This document shows, piece after piece, positions 29,605 to 38,587 of a DNA stretch of 64,000 nt. The position numbers and the translations under genes are program-made. A model generated the notes under the pieces. The model was not told the origin of the DNA, searched no databases, and saw only the letters and a program-made list of their open reading frames with translations. How positions within the stretch are numbered: position 1 is the first letter of the stretch; every line of letters starts with the position of its first letter. Source of the DNA: an uncultured Planctomycetales bacterium (GTDB lineage: Bacteria; Omnitrophota; Gorgyraeia; Zapsychrales; JBDRMG01); assembly GCA_964478715.1 (NCBI GenBank), contig CAYZIY010000003.1:84661-148660 (forward strand). The letters are read 5' to 3'.

Positions 29605-29720
29605 AAAATTGTCATGAAGGAGCAGGGAACTTTTAAAGCTGCAGGAGAAAGCAATCGCTAATCCTGCGGCTTTTTTGGTGTCTGCTTTAAGTTTAATGCA
29701 TCAAAAGAGGAGTAGGGCCG

Positions 29721-29921
29721 ATGGCGCGCGGTAAAGTCAAATGGTTCAGTAACCAGAAAGGTTACGGATTTATCGAGATGGAAGAAGGAACGGATGTCTT
29801 TGTGCATCACAGTTGTATTCAGCAGAATGGCTACCGGAGTCTTGACCAGGGGCAAGCGGTAGAATTCGAAATCGAAGAAGGGCTTAAGGGTCAACAGGCT
29901 CGCAATGTGATGAAGGTTTAA
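29721..29921 (+). CDS. Cold-shock protein
   Basis: GKVKWF, KGYGFI (RNP1), DVFVH (RNP2). Confidence 0.97.
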   Translation: MARGKVKWFSNQKGYGFIEMEEGTDVFVHHSCIQQNGYRSLDQGQAVEFEIEEGLKGQQARNVMKV

Positions 29922-29935
29922 AGCGAATGATATTT

Positions 29936-29976
29936 AAGGCCCTTGATCCGCCTTCAAGCGGATCAAGGGCCTTTTT
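29936..29976 (+). terminator. Intrinsic terminator
   Basis: AAGGCCCTTGATCCGC / GCGGATCAAGGGCCTT 16-bp perfect stem followed by a T run. Confidence 0.9.
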
Positions 29977-30023
29977 GATATTATGCAACTAAAAAAGATA
30001 AAAGGCAGCGGTAGAATTTTTCT

Positions 30024-31262
30024 ATGAGAAAGAAATTCAAAATTATTTCTTGGGCGCTTTATGATCTAGCCAACCAATTCTTTGCCCTTAATGTCGTCTC
30101 GATTTATTTTCCTCTCTGGTTGATCGATGAAAAGGGTATTCCTGAAATATTCTTAAGTATTTCCTTTGGTATATCGGTTTTTGTAGCTGCTATTATCGCT
30201 CCTGTTTTGGGAGCCATCGCCGATATGGGCCAACGAAAAAAGGAATTTCTTCTCTTTTTCACTTTTCTTTCTATTGTCTTTACGGTCGCCTTGGGCCAAC
30301 CTATGAGAATTGTTTATGCCCTTGTCTTTTTTGCGATTGCGAATTTGGGATGCCAGGCTGCTACTGTTTTTTACAATTCTCTGATCGTCGATGTGACCGA
30401 TAATAAACAAATAGGATTGATTTCGGGAATCGGTCGCATGTTCGGCTATTCGGGCGCGATTGTGGCCCTGCTTTTAACCAAACCTGTCGCTGAGAAATAT
30501 GGCTATCAGGCTACATTTGTGACAACAGGCATTTTATTTTTTCTTTTCTCATTGCCTTGTTTATTTTTTGTGAAAGAAAAACCCCGGCTAAAACCGTCCG
30601 CGCCGATTACAGACGTCTCAAAAAAGGGATTGGTGGAGATATTCTTGAGACTTAAAAATATTCTTTATGGCCGCAAGGCAAATACCTCTTTACGATATTT
30701 TCTTTTTGCTTCTTTTTTCGGTCTATGCGTTGTCAATACGATGATTCTTTATATGGCTGTTTATTTGAAAAAGGCCTATGCCATTGACAATGTCGAGCAG
30801 ATCGTAGCCTTTTCGACCGTCTTTGCCATTCTGGGAAGTCTGTTCTCTGGAATACTCAGCGATCGAATAGGACCCCGGCGCTGTCTCGTTGGCATTTTTG
30901 TTTTATGGATCGTTTGTTTGATTGGCGGTTCTCTCGCCAGACCGCCGTTTCATTGGATTATCGGGGCAATGGCGGGTTTAAGCTTAGGGGCCACCTGGGT
31001 GGTTGCCCGCGCTTTGGCTGTTTCTTTGGTCGTCAAAGAAAAAATCACAGAAGTTTTTGCCTTTTTTAATATTGTCGCTTATGCCGCTGGAATCATCGGA
31101 TCGCTTTGGTGGGGGCTGCTGGTTTTAGGACTTGCTTCTTTAGGTGAACTTGGCTATCGTTTAACTGTTTGTAGCCTTAATATTTTTGTTGTCCTAGGAA
31201 TCATTATGCTTAAAAGGATGCCGGATCGACCTGAGAAAATCACAAGCGAGGAATTAGCGTGA
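30024..31262 (+). CDS. MFS transporter (UMF1/ATG22-like)
   Basis: SWALYDLANQFF, GAIAD, FYNSL, about 12 hydrophobic segments. Confidence 0.9.
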   Translation: MRKKFKIISWALYDLANQFFALNVVSIYFPLWLIDEKGIPEIFLSISFGISVFVAAIIAPVLGAIADMGQRKKEFLLFFTFLSIVFTVALGQPMRIVYALVFFAIANLGCQAATVFYNSLIVDVTDNKQIGLISGIGRMFGYSGAIVALLLTKPVAEKYGYQATFVTTGILFFLFSLPCLFFVKEKPRLKPSAPITDVSKKGLVEIFLRLKNILYGRKANTSLRYFLFASFFGLCVVNTMILYMAVYLKKAYAIDNVEQIVAFSTVFAILGSLFSGILSDRIGPRRCLVGIFVLWIVCLIGGSLARPPFHWIIGAMAGLSLGATWVVARALAVSLVVKEKITEVFAFFNIVAYAAGIIGSLWWGLLVLGLASLGELGYRLTVCSLNIFVVLGIIMLKRMPDRPEKITSEELA

Positions 31263-33973
31263 ATTTAGCTGACAAACTTAAAGAAACAGCTCAAAACGAT
31301 CCACAGAAAGTGGCCATTGAATATCGGAAGGATGATCATTCATGGGAGCGTGTTTCTTATCAGAGATTTTTTGATGATATCCAAATGCTAGCCGGTTTTT
31401 TGAGGCAAAAAGGAATACAAAAAGGAGACCGCATAGCCATCGTGATGGAAAATCGCTATGAATGGCCGTTGGTTTTCTTTGCGATTGTCTCTTGCTGCGC
31501 AGTAGTTGTTCCCATTAATCCAGAGACCGACAAGAAAGAGATTGAAAATATCCTGAATAATTCAGAGAGTACATTATCCTTCACGGGAAGCGGAGAAATT
31601 TTCGAAAAATGTAAGACGCTTAGCGTTAAGACAATGAAAGAAATACTATGTGTGGATGAAAAATATTTTAAGCAGATTCTCAAGGGAGAATTCTCGGAAT
31701 TCTCCCTTGATCGGCTTTGCGCGGATGATTTAGCCTGCCTGATGTACACATCGGGAACTACCGATGATCCCAAGGGTGTTATGCTGACACATGAAAACTT
31801 TCTTTCCAATATCGAATCCATCGCCAGCATTCGATTTATCACGCCTCGTGATCGGAACTTATGTTTTTTACCTTTGCACCATGCTTTTCCCTTAACCGGG
31901 ACCATGCTTTTACCGCTTTGTATCGGCGGGACCATTATTTTTCCGGGATCGGTCCGATCCGAAATATTGTTTAAGGTGATGAAGGAGTCTCGACCTACCA
32001 TTTTTGCCGCCGTGCCTCAAATCTATTACACTCTTTCGCAAAAAATATCCGAGCATATCGAAGCTATGCCGGAAGTTGCAAGGATCATTATTAAAATGTT
32101 AATGAATTTCTTCTATAAAATCAGAATACACTTAGGGCTAAATTTCAATCAATGGCTCTTGATATCTTTGCATCGAAAATTTGGAGGACACCTGCGTTAT
32201 ATGGTTTCCGGCGGCGCAAAGTTAAACGAGGAGGTCGAGCGCGATCTTTTCAAATACGGTTTTAATATTATTGAAGGATACGGTCTCACCGAAACAACAC
32301 CCGTTTTAACCGTGAATCCTCCTGCGTGTCCCAAGATCGGCTCGGCGGGCAAACCCATCAAAAACGTTGAACTGAAAATCGACAAGCCTAATGATCAGGG
32401 GATTGGGGAGATACTCGCCCGCGGTCCCAATATCATGAAAGGATATTATAAAAGAACTGATTTGACCGAACAGGTGATTCACCAGAGCTGGTTTCATACC
32501 GGGGATTTGGGTTATATGGATCAAGACGGATATCTTTTTATTACCGGCCGGGCGAAAGAAGTGATTGTCTTAAGTTCCGGCCTCAATATCTTTCCTGATG
32601 AGGTGGAAGAGGCTTATATTAAAGGAGCCCCGATTAAAGAAATGTGTGTTTTTGATATTTCTGTCAAAAAGGATCCTTCGGACCGTTTAGCTCTTTGGGC
32701 GATACTTGTCCCCGAAATTGAATTCTTTAAGAAATATGGTGAAATGAATCTTCATAGCGTGATTAAAGAAAGACTCGATAATGTCTCTCGGGATTTGCCC
32801 CCGTTTAAACGGATTATGGGTTTCACCATCAGCATGGATCCGCTGCCGCGCACTCTTTTGGGCAAACTCAAACGATTTAAAGTAAAAGAGAAATATGAGT
32901 CGATGGCCGAGGGGCAAAAGAAGCAGAAAGAAGAGCAGAAAGGCATATCAAAAGACGACGAACATTTAATGGAAGAAGATATTGGCCGGCGGGTCATTGA
33001 TTTTCTTAAAAAACAAACGGATGCAAAGAAAATACTTCCGGCTGATTTATTGGAATTGGACTTGGGCATCGATTCTTTAGGGCGGGTGGAATTAGCCACA
33101 GGACTAGAAAAAGAATTTAAGATCAAGATTGACGACCAGAAAGTAAACAGCGTTTTCAGCGTGAAAGATTTGATTATAGCTGTCAAAGAGCATTTGGCTG
33201 ATCCTGCAACGCGCAAGGCTGAGGCTGAGACAGAGGTGAAGAATTGGAGAGAGATCCTTGAGATATTGCCCAAGGAAGAAAACAGAGAGAAGATTGATCT
33301 GCATCCGGGTTTTGGAGCCTGGCTTTTTGGATTTATTCTCTGTCGTTTGATTTTTTGGCCGTTTTTTAAGATTTTTTATCACTTGAAAGTAACAGGCCAG
33401 GAACATATTCCTCGTAAAGGCCCATGCCTTTTTTATGTCAATCATACCAGCTTTTTTGACGGGCCATTGATGGCGGTATCTTTTGATAGAGTCCCACGGC
33501 TGGATATATTTTTCTTGGGATTCCGACCATATTTCAATGTTATTATTTTAAGAAATTTGATTAAAATCGGCCGGGTTATTCCGCTGGATTTTGTTTCGCA
33601 TCTGCTGGAAGCTCTGCGCAACTGTTATTATATTTTAGACAGAGGCAAATGTCTCTGTCTTTTTCCGGAAGGGATGCGTACGCTGGATGGGAAAATCATT
33701 TCCTTCAAAAAAGGTTTCGGGATCTTGGCCAAAGAATCGCAGGCCACTCTTGTGCCGGTGTATATCAAAGGGGCTTATCAGGCCTGGCCGCGGACAAAAA
33801 AGTACCCAGCGCTTCATCAGATAGAGGTGTGTTTTGGGGCGCCGCAAGATCCAAAGGATCTTGCGGCGCAAGGCTCAAAGATGAACGCCCGGGATGAATA
33901 TGAAGCGATCTGCCGGGCGGCCCAGCAGACTTTAATCGATATGCAGAAGGAAAAGGAAAAATCGCAAGAATAG
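31259..33973 (+). CDS. Long-chain acyl-CoA/ACP synthetase - ACP - PlsC acyltransferase fusion
   Basis: YTSGTT..PKG, GYGLTET, TGDLG; ACP motif LGIDSL; PlsC motifs NHTSFFD and FPEGMRT. Confidence 0.92.
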   Translation: MNLADKLKETAQNDPQKVAIEYRKDDHSWERVSYQRFFDDIQMLAGFLRQKGIQKGDRIAIVMENRYEWPLVFFAIVSCCAVVVPINPETDKKEIENILNNSESTLSFTGSGEIFEKCKTLSVKTMKEILCVDEKYFKQILKGEFSEFSLDRLCADDLACLMYTSGTTDDPKGVMLTHENFLSNIESIASIRFITPRDRNLCFLPLHHAFPLTGTMLLPLCIGGTIIFPGSVRSEILFKVMKESRPTIFAAVPQIYYTLSQKISEHIEAMPEVARIIIKMLMNFFYKIRIHLGLNFNQWLLISLHRKFGGHLRYMVSGGAKLNEEVERDLFKYGFNIIEGYGLTETTPVLTVNPPACPKIGSAGKPIKNVELKIDKPNDQGIGEILARGPNIMKGYYKRTDLTEQVIHQSWFHTGDLGYMDQDGYLFITGRAKEVIVLSSGLNIFPDEVEEAYIKGAPIKEMCVFDISVKKDPSDRLALWAILVPEIEFFKKYGEMNLHSVIKERLDNVSRDLPPFKRIMGFTISMDPLPRTLLGKLKRFKVKEKYESMAEGQKKQKEEQKGISKDDEHLMEEDIGRRVIDFLKKQTDAKKILPADLLELDLGIDSLGRVELATGLEKEFKIKIDDQKVNSVFSVKDLIIAVKEHLADPATRKAEAETEVKNWREILEILPKEENREKIDLHPGFGAWLFGFILCRLIFWPFFKIFYHLKVTGQEHIPRKGPCLFYVNHTSFFDGPLMAVSFDRVPRLDIFFLGFRPYFNVIILRNLIKIGRVIPLDFVSHLLEALRNCYYILDRGKCLCLFPEGMRTLDGKIISFKKGFGILAKESQATLVPVYIKGAYQAWPRTKKYPALHQIEVCFGAPQDPKDLAAQGSKMNARDEYEAICRAAQQTLIDMQKEKEKSQE

Positions 33974-33978
33974 AAAAT

Positions 33979-34488
33979 TTAAGATCTGCCCAAAGAAGTT
34001 GAAGAATACGGCCGCGCCTGTTTCACGTTGAAGTGGCCGTTTTCTTTTTCAATTATGATTTGAAAACGCATATTTTCTATATTATAGCAAGTGATTCGCG
34101 TCTGAAAAGAGGCGTTAAGAAGATGGGCGACAAGATTGTCCGCAATGACTCCATGAAGCTCTCGGGGGCCGTCGAAAACACGATATTTCAATTTTTCTTT
34201 CTGGGCGGGATTCAGTGAATCAATATCCTGAAACTGAACAAGAAGAGTTTTGGCATAATCATATTTTAAGCTCACCTTTACATTATCAATGCGGATGTTT
34301 TTGGCCATGCAGAAGCTTTCGTTCTTCAAATAGAGCGCCAATTCCTCCCGGTTGATTTCAAGATTCAAAAGAGGGATAAGCCTTTTATGCATTTCTTTGC
34401 GCATGCATCTACGCAGCCAGAAAATCTTAAAAATACAGAAAATCAGGGCTAGAATGAGTGAAATAATGATAAGGTCTTTATGATCCAT
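33979..34488 (-). CDS. Hypothetical protein with N-terminal TM anchor
   Basis: 169-aa ORF with SD GAGG, single hydrophobic helix; fills the intergenic space. Confidence 0.7.
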   Translation of the reverse strand: MDHKDLIIISLILALIFCIFKIFWLRRCMRKEMHKRLIPLLNLEINREELALYLKNESFCMAKNIRIDNVKVSLKYDYAKTLLVQFQDIDSLNPAQKEKLKYRVFDGPRELHGVIADNLVAHLLNASFQTRITCYNIENMRFQIIIEKENGHFNVKQARPYSSTSLGRS

Positions 34489-34677
34489 GATCTATATTCC
34501 TCATATTTATCTTTATTTATATTTTAGCATTGTCTTAAATTATATAAATTACTATTCATAGTAATTAACGAAGGGCAAGAATCGATCGATTCTTAAGTCT
34601 CATTATTTGTTGCAGTTATAGAATATTTTCGATATACTGATGAAGAAATTATTCCTAATTGATGACTTAAATTTGGT

Positions 34678-35652
34678 ATGGATACATTCTCTCCACAAGA
34701 AGCTCTCGATTTATTCAAGTCGGCTTTGCGGATTCGCAAAGTTGAGCTTAAAATCGAAGAATTATATTCGGAAGACGAAATGAAAACTCCTGTCCATCTT
34801 TCTTTGGGACAGGAAGCTGTTGCGGTTGGTATTTGTGCGCATCTTTCCAAAGATGATTATGTTTTCAGTAATCACCGTAGTCATGCTCATTATCTGGCCA
34901 AAGCCGGTGATCTTAAAAAGATGATCGCCGAACTCTATTGTAAAGAGACCGGCTGTTCCAAAGGGCGGGGCGGTTCGATGCATTTGATTGATCCCTCCGT
35001 TGGGCTTTTAGGATCATCCTCAATTGTCAGCGGGAGTATTCCTCATGCGGTGGGCGCGGCTTTTGCTATCAGGATGCGTAAGGAAAAACGGATTGCTGTT
35101 TCCTTTTTCGGTGATGCCGCCAGCGAACAGGGCGCATTTTATGAAAGCATGAATCTCGCCACTCTCAAACAGCTTCCGGTTCTCTTTGTCTGTGAAAATA
35201 ACCGCTATTCGGTGTGTTCCAATATCCATTCACGCCAGGCGATGGATAATATTTCGATGCGACCCCGTGCCTTTGATATTCCGGCAGTCAAAGTCGACGG
35301 GATGGATCTCGAGCAAGTTTTCAGAAAGTCTAAAGAAGCGACTGAGCATGTCCGCAGCGGTCGGGGTCCGTATTTTATGGAATGCTGTGTTCAAAGATGG
35401 CGGGCCCATGCCGGGGCCGGTGATCCTTTAAAGGAATTATACCGTCAGCCGGAGGAGCTTCAAAATGATTATTGGCGATGTTCCGTTGATGATTTTCGAT
35501 CCAGGATCATCAAGGAAAAGATCGCTGATGAAAATAAACTCACCAGCATGGAAGCAGAAATCGACAAAGAAATCGATCAGGCTTTTGATTTTGCCCAAAA
35601 AAGCCCGCTTCCTAAAAAAGAAGAGCTTCATAAGTATCTTTTTATGGAATAA
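34678..35652 (+). CDS. ThDP-dependent dehydrogenase E1 alpha-like subunit (glycan-locus type)
   Basis: HLSLGQEA, NHRSH, GRGGSMH, ThDP motif GDAA..ENN. Confidence 0.93.
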   Translation: MDTFSPQEALDLFKSALRIRKVELKIEELYSEDEMKTPVHLSLGQEAVAVGICAHLSKDDYVFSNHRSHAHYLAKAGDLKKMIAELYCKETGCSKGRGGSMHLIDPSVGLLGSSSIVSGSIPHAVGAAFAIRMRKEKRIAVSFFGDAASEQGAFYESMNLATLKQLPVLFVCENNRYSVCSNIHSRQAMDNISMRPRAFDIPAVKVDGMDLEQVFRKSKEATEHVRSGRGPYFMECCVQRWRAHAGAGDPLKELYRQPEELQNDYWRCSVDDFRSRIIKEKIADENKLTSMEAEIDKEIDQAFDFAQKSPLPKKEELHKYLFME

Positions 35653-35657
35653 CACTT

Positions 35658-36698
35658 ATGCCCTGGACCAAAATACAAGTTGAACGTGATGAGCCGGCCT
35701 TTGATGAGGCCCAAGGCCAGGATGTCAGAAAATTAAGCCTGGGGGAGGCTCTGCGCGAGGCCCTGGATCAAGCCTTAAAAATTGATTCGCGGGTCTATGC
35801 GATGGGTCAGGGGATTGATGATCCGGGCGGGATGTTTGGCTCGACCAAGGATCTCCATAAAAAATACGGAAGCGAAAGAGTCTTTGATACTCCTCTTTCC
35901 GAAGAAGGTGTCGTCGGCATGGCGATCGGTTCGGCTATGGCGGGTTTACGTCCTGTCTCGATCCACAATCGTCCGGATTTTCTTCTGATGGCCATGGATC
36001 AGATTGTCAATCATGCCGCTAAGTGGAGCTATATGTTTGGCGGTCAGGTTTCTGTGCCCTTGGTGGTCAGAGCTTGTATCGGCCGGGGATGGGGGTCGGC
36101 GGCTCAGCATTCTCAGGCTTTGGATGCGATGTTTATTCATACGCCGGGTTTAAAAGTTGTTATGCCTTCAACCGCCTATGATGCCAAGGGGCTGTTTCTC
36201 GCCAGCGTGGCCGATAATAATCCTGTTATTTTTATGGAACAAAGATGGCTGTATAAACATACAGGCTATGTCCCTGAAGATCCTTACTTTTTGCCACTTG
36301 GAAAGGGAGTTGTCAAAAGAGAAGGCAAAGATGTAACGATTGTTGCGGTATCCCATATGGTGATTGAAGCGCTCAGGGCCGCTGAGCAACTTCAGAAAGA
36401 AGGCATCAGCGTTGAGGTTGTAGATCCGCGAACACTGAAACCTTTGGATGAAGGGGTGATCTTTTCCTCTGTTAAAAAGACGGGTCGACTGGTCATCGCC
36501 GAATTAGGATGGAAAACCTGCGGCTTCGGATCAGAGGTCATTGCCCGAGTTTCTGAGGATCACCCGAAAGTATTGAAAAGCGCTCCGATCAGAATTTCCT
36601 ATCCTGATCTGCCGACACCCAGCAGCTTTGTTTTGGAAGAAGCTTACTATCCTGGCGTGAAAGATATCATCCAGGCTGCTAAGAAAGCGATCAAATAA
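35658..36698 (+). CDS. ThDP-dependent dehydrogenase E1 beta-like subunit
   Basis: DTPLSEE, DQIVNHAAK, QHSQ, DPRTLKPLD. Confidence 0.93.
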   Translation: MPWTKIQVERDEPAFDEAQGQDVRKLSLGEALREALDQALKIDSRVYAMGQGIDDPGGMFGSTKDLHKKYGSERVFDTPLSEEGVVGMAIGSAMAGLRPVSIHNRPDFLLMAMDQIVNHAAKWSYMFGGQVSVPLVVRACIGRGWGSAAQHSQALDAMFIHTPGLKVVMPSTAYDAKGLFLASVADNNPVIFMEQRWLYKHTGYVPEDPYFLPLGKGVVKREGKDVTIVAVSHMVIEALRAAEQLQKEGISVEVVDPRTLKPLDEGVIFSSVKKTGRLVIAELGWKTCGFGSEVIARVSEDHPKVLKSAPIRISYPDLPTPSSFVLEEAYYPGVKDIIQAAKKAIK

Positions 36699-37643
36699 AT
36701 GAACAAAAATGTTAAGATTCTCATTGTCGGTCATGATGATATTATCGAAAAGTCATTACGGATATATTTACGAGATAAAGGATTTGAACATGTGTTTTCG
36801 TCCTCAGAAATTGCTTTGGATTGCACCATCCAGCCCGCTGTTTATCAATTTTTCCAGGAAAACCGGCCGGAATATATTTTCTTAGGCTCAACCCGTTCGG
36901 GCGGGATTGCCGTCAATCAGAAATTTTCCGGAGACTTTATTTATCACAATCTGGAGAGCCAAAATAATATTATCTATGCGGCCCGAAAATTTCAGACCAA
37001 GAAATTGTTATTTTTTATGGGTTCTTGCGCCTATCCTAAGGAGTGCGCTCAACCGATCAAAGAAGACGCTTTGTTGACAGGTCCTTTGGAGGAAACCAGT
37101 GAGCCGTATTCACTGGCTAAGATTGCCGGCGTTAAACTCTGCCAGGCTTATCGCAAACAGTATGGTTTGAACGCGATTTGCTGTGTGCCGGCCACCGTTT
37201 ATGGGCCGCAAAGTGATATGAATTTTGAAAGCGCCCACGTGATCAATGCTTTGATAAAAAAATTTCACTCGGCCAAAGTAAAGGAAGAAAACCAAGTGGG
37301 TGTTTGGGGAAGCGGAGAGCCTCGCCGTGAATTTCTCTATTGTGAAGATTTTGCTCGGGCCTGCCTGTTTCTTATGGACCATTATGACCACGAGGAGCTA
37401 ATCAATATTGGCTGTGGAGAAGATGTTTCCATTAAGGAACTCAGCCAAATGATCCAGGCCATTTCCGGTTTTCAGGGAGAGATTGTTTTTGATAAAACGA
37501 AGCCGGATGGAGCGCTGAGAAAGCTGATGGATAATTCAAAAATGTCACGCCTGGGTTGGCAGACCCAGATTTCTTTGAAAGAAGGTATTGAGAAAACGTA
37601 CGATTGGTTTCAACAAAAAGAAAAATTGGAGAAGAAAGTATGA
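36699..37643 (+). CDS. GDP-L-fucose synthase (Fcl/WcaG)-family protein with degenerate NADPH-binding motif
   Basis: SGGI..N, SCAYP, EPYSLAK, HVINALI, WGSGEPRREF, KPDG; N-terminal GHDDIIE in place of GxxGxxG. Confidence 0.88.
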   Translation: MNKNVKILIVGHDDIIEKSLRIYLRDKGFEHVFSSSEIALDCTIQPAVYQFFQENRPEYIFLGSTRSGGIAVNQKFSGDFIYHNLESQNNIIYAARKFQTKKLLFFMGSCAYPKECAQPIKEDALLTGPLEETSEPYSLAKIAGVKLCQAYRKQYGLNAICCVPATVYGPQSDMNFESAHVINALIKKFHSAKVKEENQVGVWGSGEPRREFLYCEDFARACLFLMDHYDHEELINIGCGEDVSIKELSQMIQAISGFQGEIVFDKTKPDGALRKLMDNSKMSRLGWQTQISLKEGIEKTYDWFQQKEKLEKKV

Positions 37644-38572
37644 AAATATTAGTAACAGGAGCCGCAGGTTATATCGGTTCAGTTTTGGTTCCGCGGTTAT
37701 TAAGCGAAGGACACCAAGTGATGGCTCTGGATAATTTCATGTACAGGCAGGCTTCTCTTTTAGACTGTTGCCATAATCAGAATCTTGCTATTATTCGCGG
37801 CGATGCGCGCGATAAAAGTCTGATTGAAAAGCTATTGAGAGATGCGGATACCATTATTCCTTTAGCTTGCTTGACCGGCGCCCCTTTATGCAAAATGGAC
37901 CCCACCGGAGCCCGCTCAATTATCGTGGATGGAATCAATCTCATTTTGCAACTACGCAGCAAAGATCAAATGATCCTCTATCCGACAACCAATAGCGGCT
38001 ATGGAATTGGTCAAAAGGATAAATACTGCGACGAGCAAACGCCTTTAAATCCCCTTTCTCTTTATGGGAAACTCAAATGCGAGGCAGAAAAGGCCTTGCT
38101 GGATAGCGGTCAGGTGATTACCTTCAGGCTAGCGACAGCTTTTGGCGTTAGTCCGCGGATGCGGTTAGATCTTTTGGTTAATGACTTCACGTATCGGGCC
38201 GTTTACGACCGTTTTATTGTTCTGTTTGAAGCGCATTTTAAAAGGAATTATATTCATGTGCGCGATGTGGCCAAGGCTTTTGTTCACGGGATCAATCATT
38301 TTCAGGAAATGAAAAATCATGCTTATAATGTTGGTTTAAGCGAAGCCAATTTGAATAAGACGGAACTTTGTGAAGAGATCAAAAAACATGTTCCCGAATT
38401 TTATTTTGTGGAATCAAAGATTGGCGAGGATCCCGACAAGCGTGACTATATTGTCAGTAATGAAAAGATCGAGAAAATAGGTTATCGGCCTGATTTTTCC
38501 ATATCAGAGGGTATTGCAGAGCTCGTCAAGGGTTATAAAGTTATTAAAAGCAATCTGTATGCCAATATTTAA
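37640..38572 (+). CDS. NAD-dependent GDP-heptose C4-dehydrogenase-like SDR (Cj1427-like)
   Basis: GAAGYIGS, GAPLC, TNSGYGIG, SPRMRLDLLVNDF, HFKRNYIH, EDPDKRDY match my recollection of C. jejuni Cj1427. Confidence 0.8.
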   Translation: MKILVTGAAGYIGSVLVPRLLSEGHQVMALDNFMYRQASLLDCCHNQNLAIIRGDARDKSLIEKLLRDADTIIPLACLTGAPLCKMDPTGARSIIVDGINLILQLRSKDQMILYPTTNSGYGIGQKDKYCDEQTPLNPLSLYGKLKCEAEKALLDSGQVITFRLATAFGVSPRMRLDLLVNDFTYRAVYDRFIVLFEAHFKRNYIHVRDVAKAFVHGINHFQEMKNHAYNVGLSEANLNKTELCEEIKKHVPEFYFVESKIGEDPDKRDYIVSNEKIEKIGYRPDFSISEGIAELVKGYKVIKSNLYANI

Positions 38573-38587
38573 GCTTAAGGAGCGAAC

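Noticed and set aside
31456-33273. Reverse-strand ORFs of 181 and 173 aa inside the acyl-ligase fusion gene
   Set aside because: Ser/Phe-rich antisense frames of a well-supported gene, with no domain evidence.
34678-36698. Calling the E1 alpha/beta pair the housekeeping pyruvate dehydrogenase (pdhAB)
   Set aside because: No E2/E3 or lipoyl domain is adjacent, and the pair is tightly linked to nucleotide-sugar genes; gene symbols were withheld.
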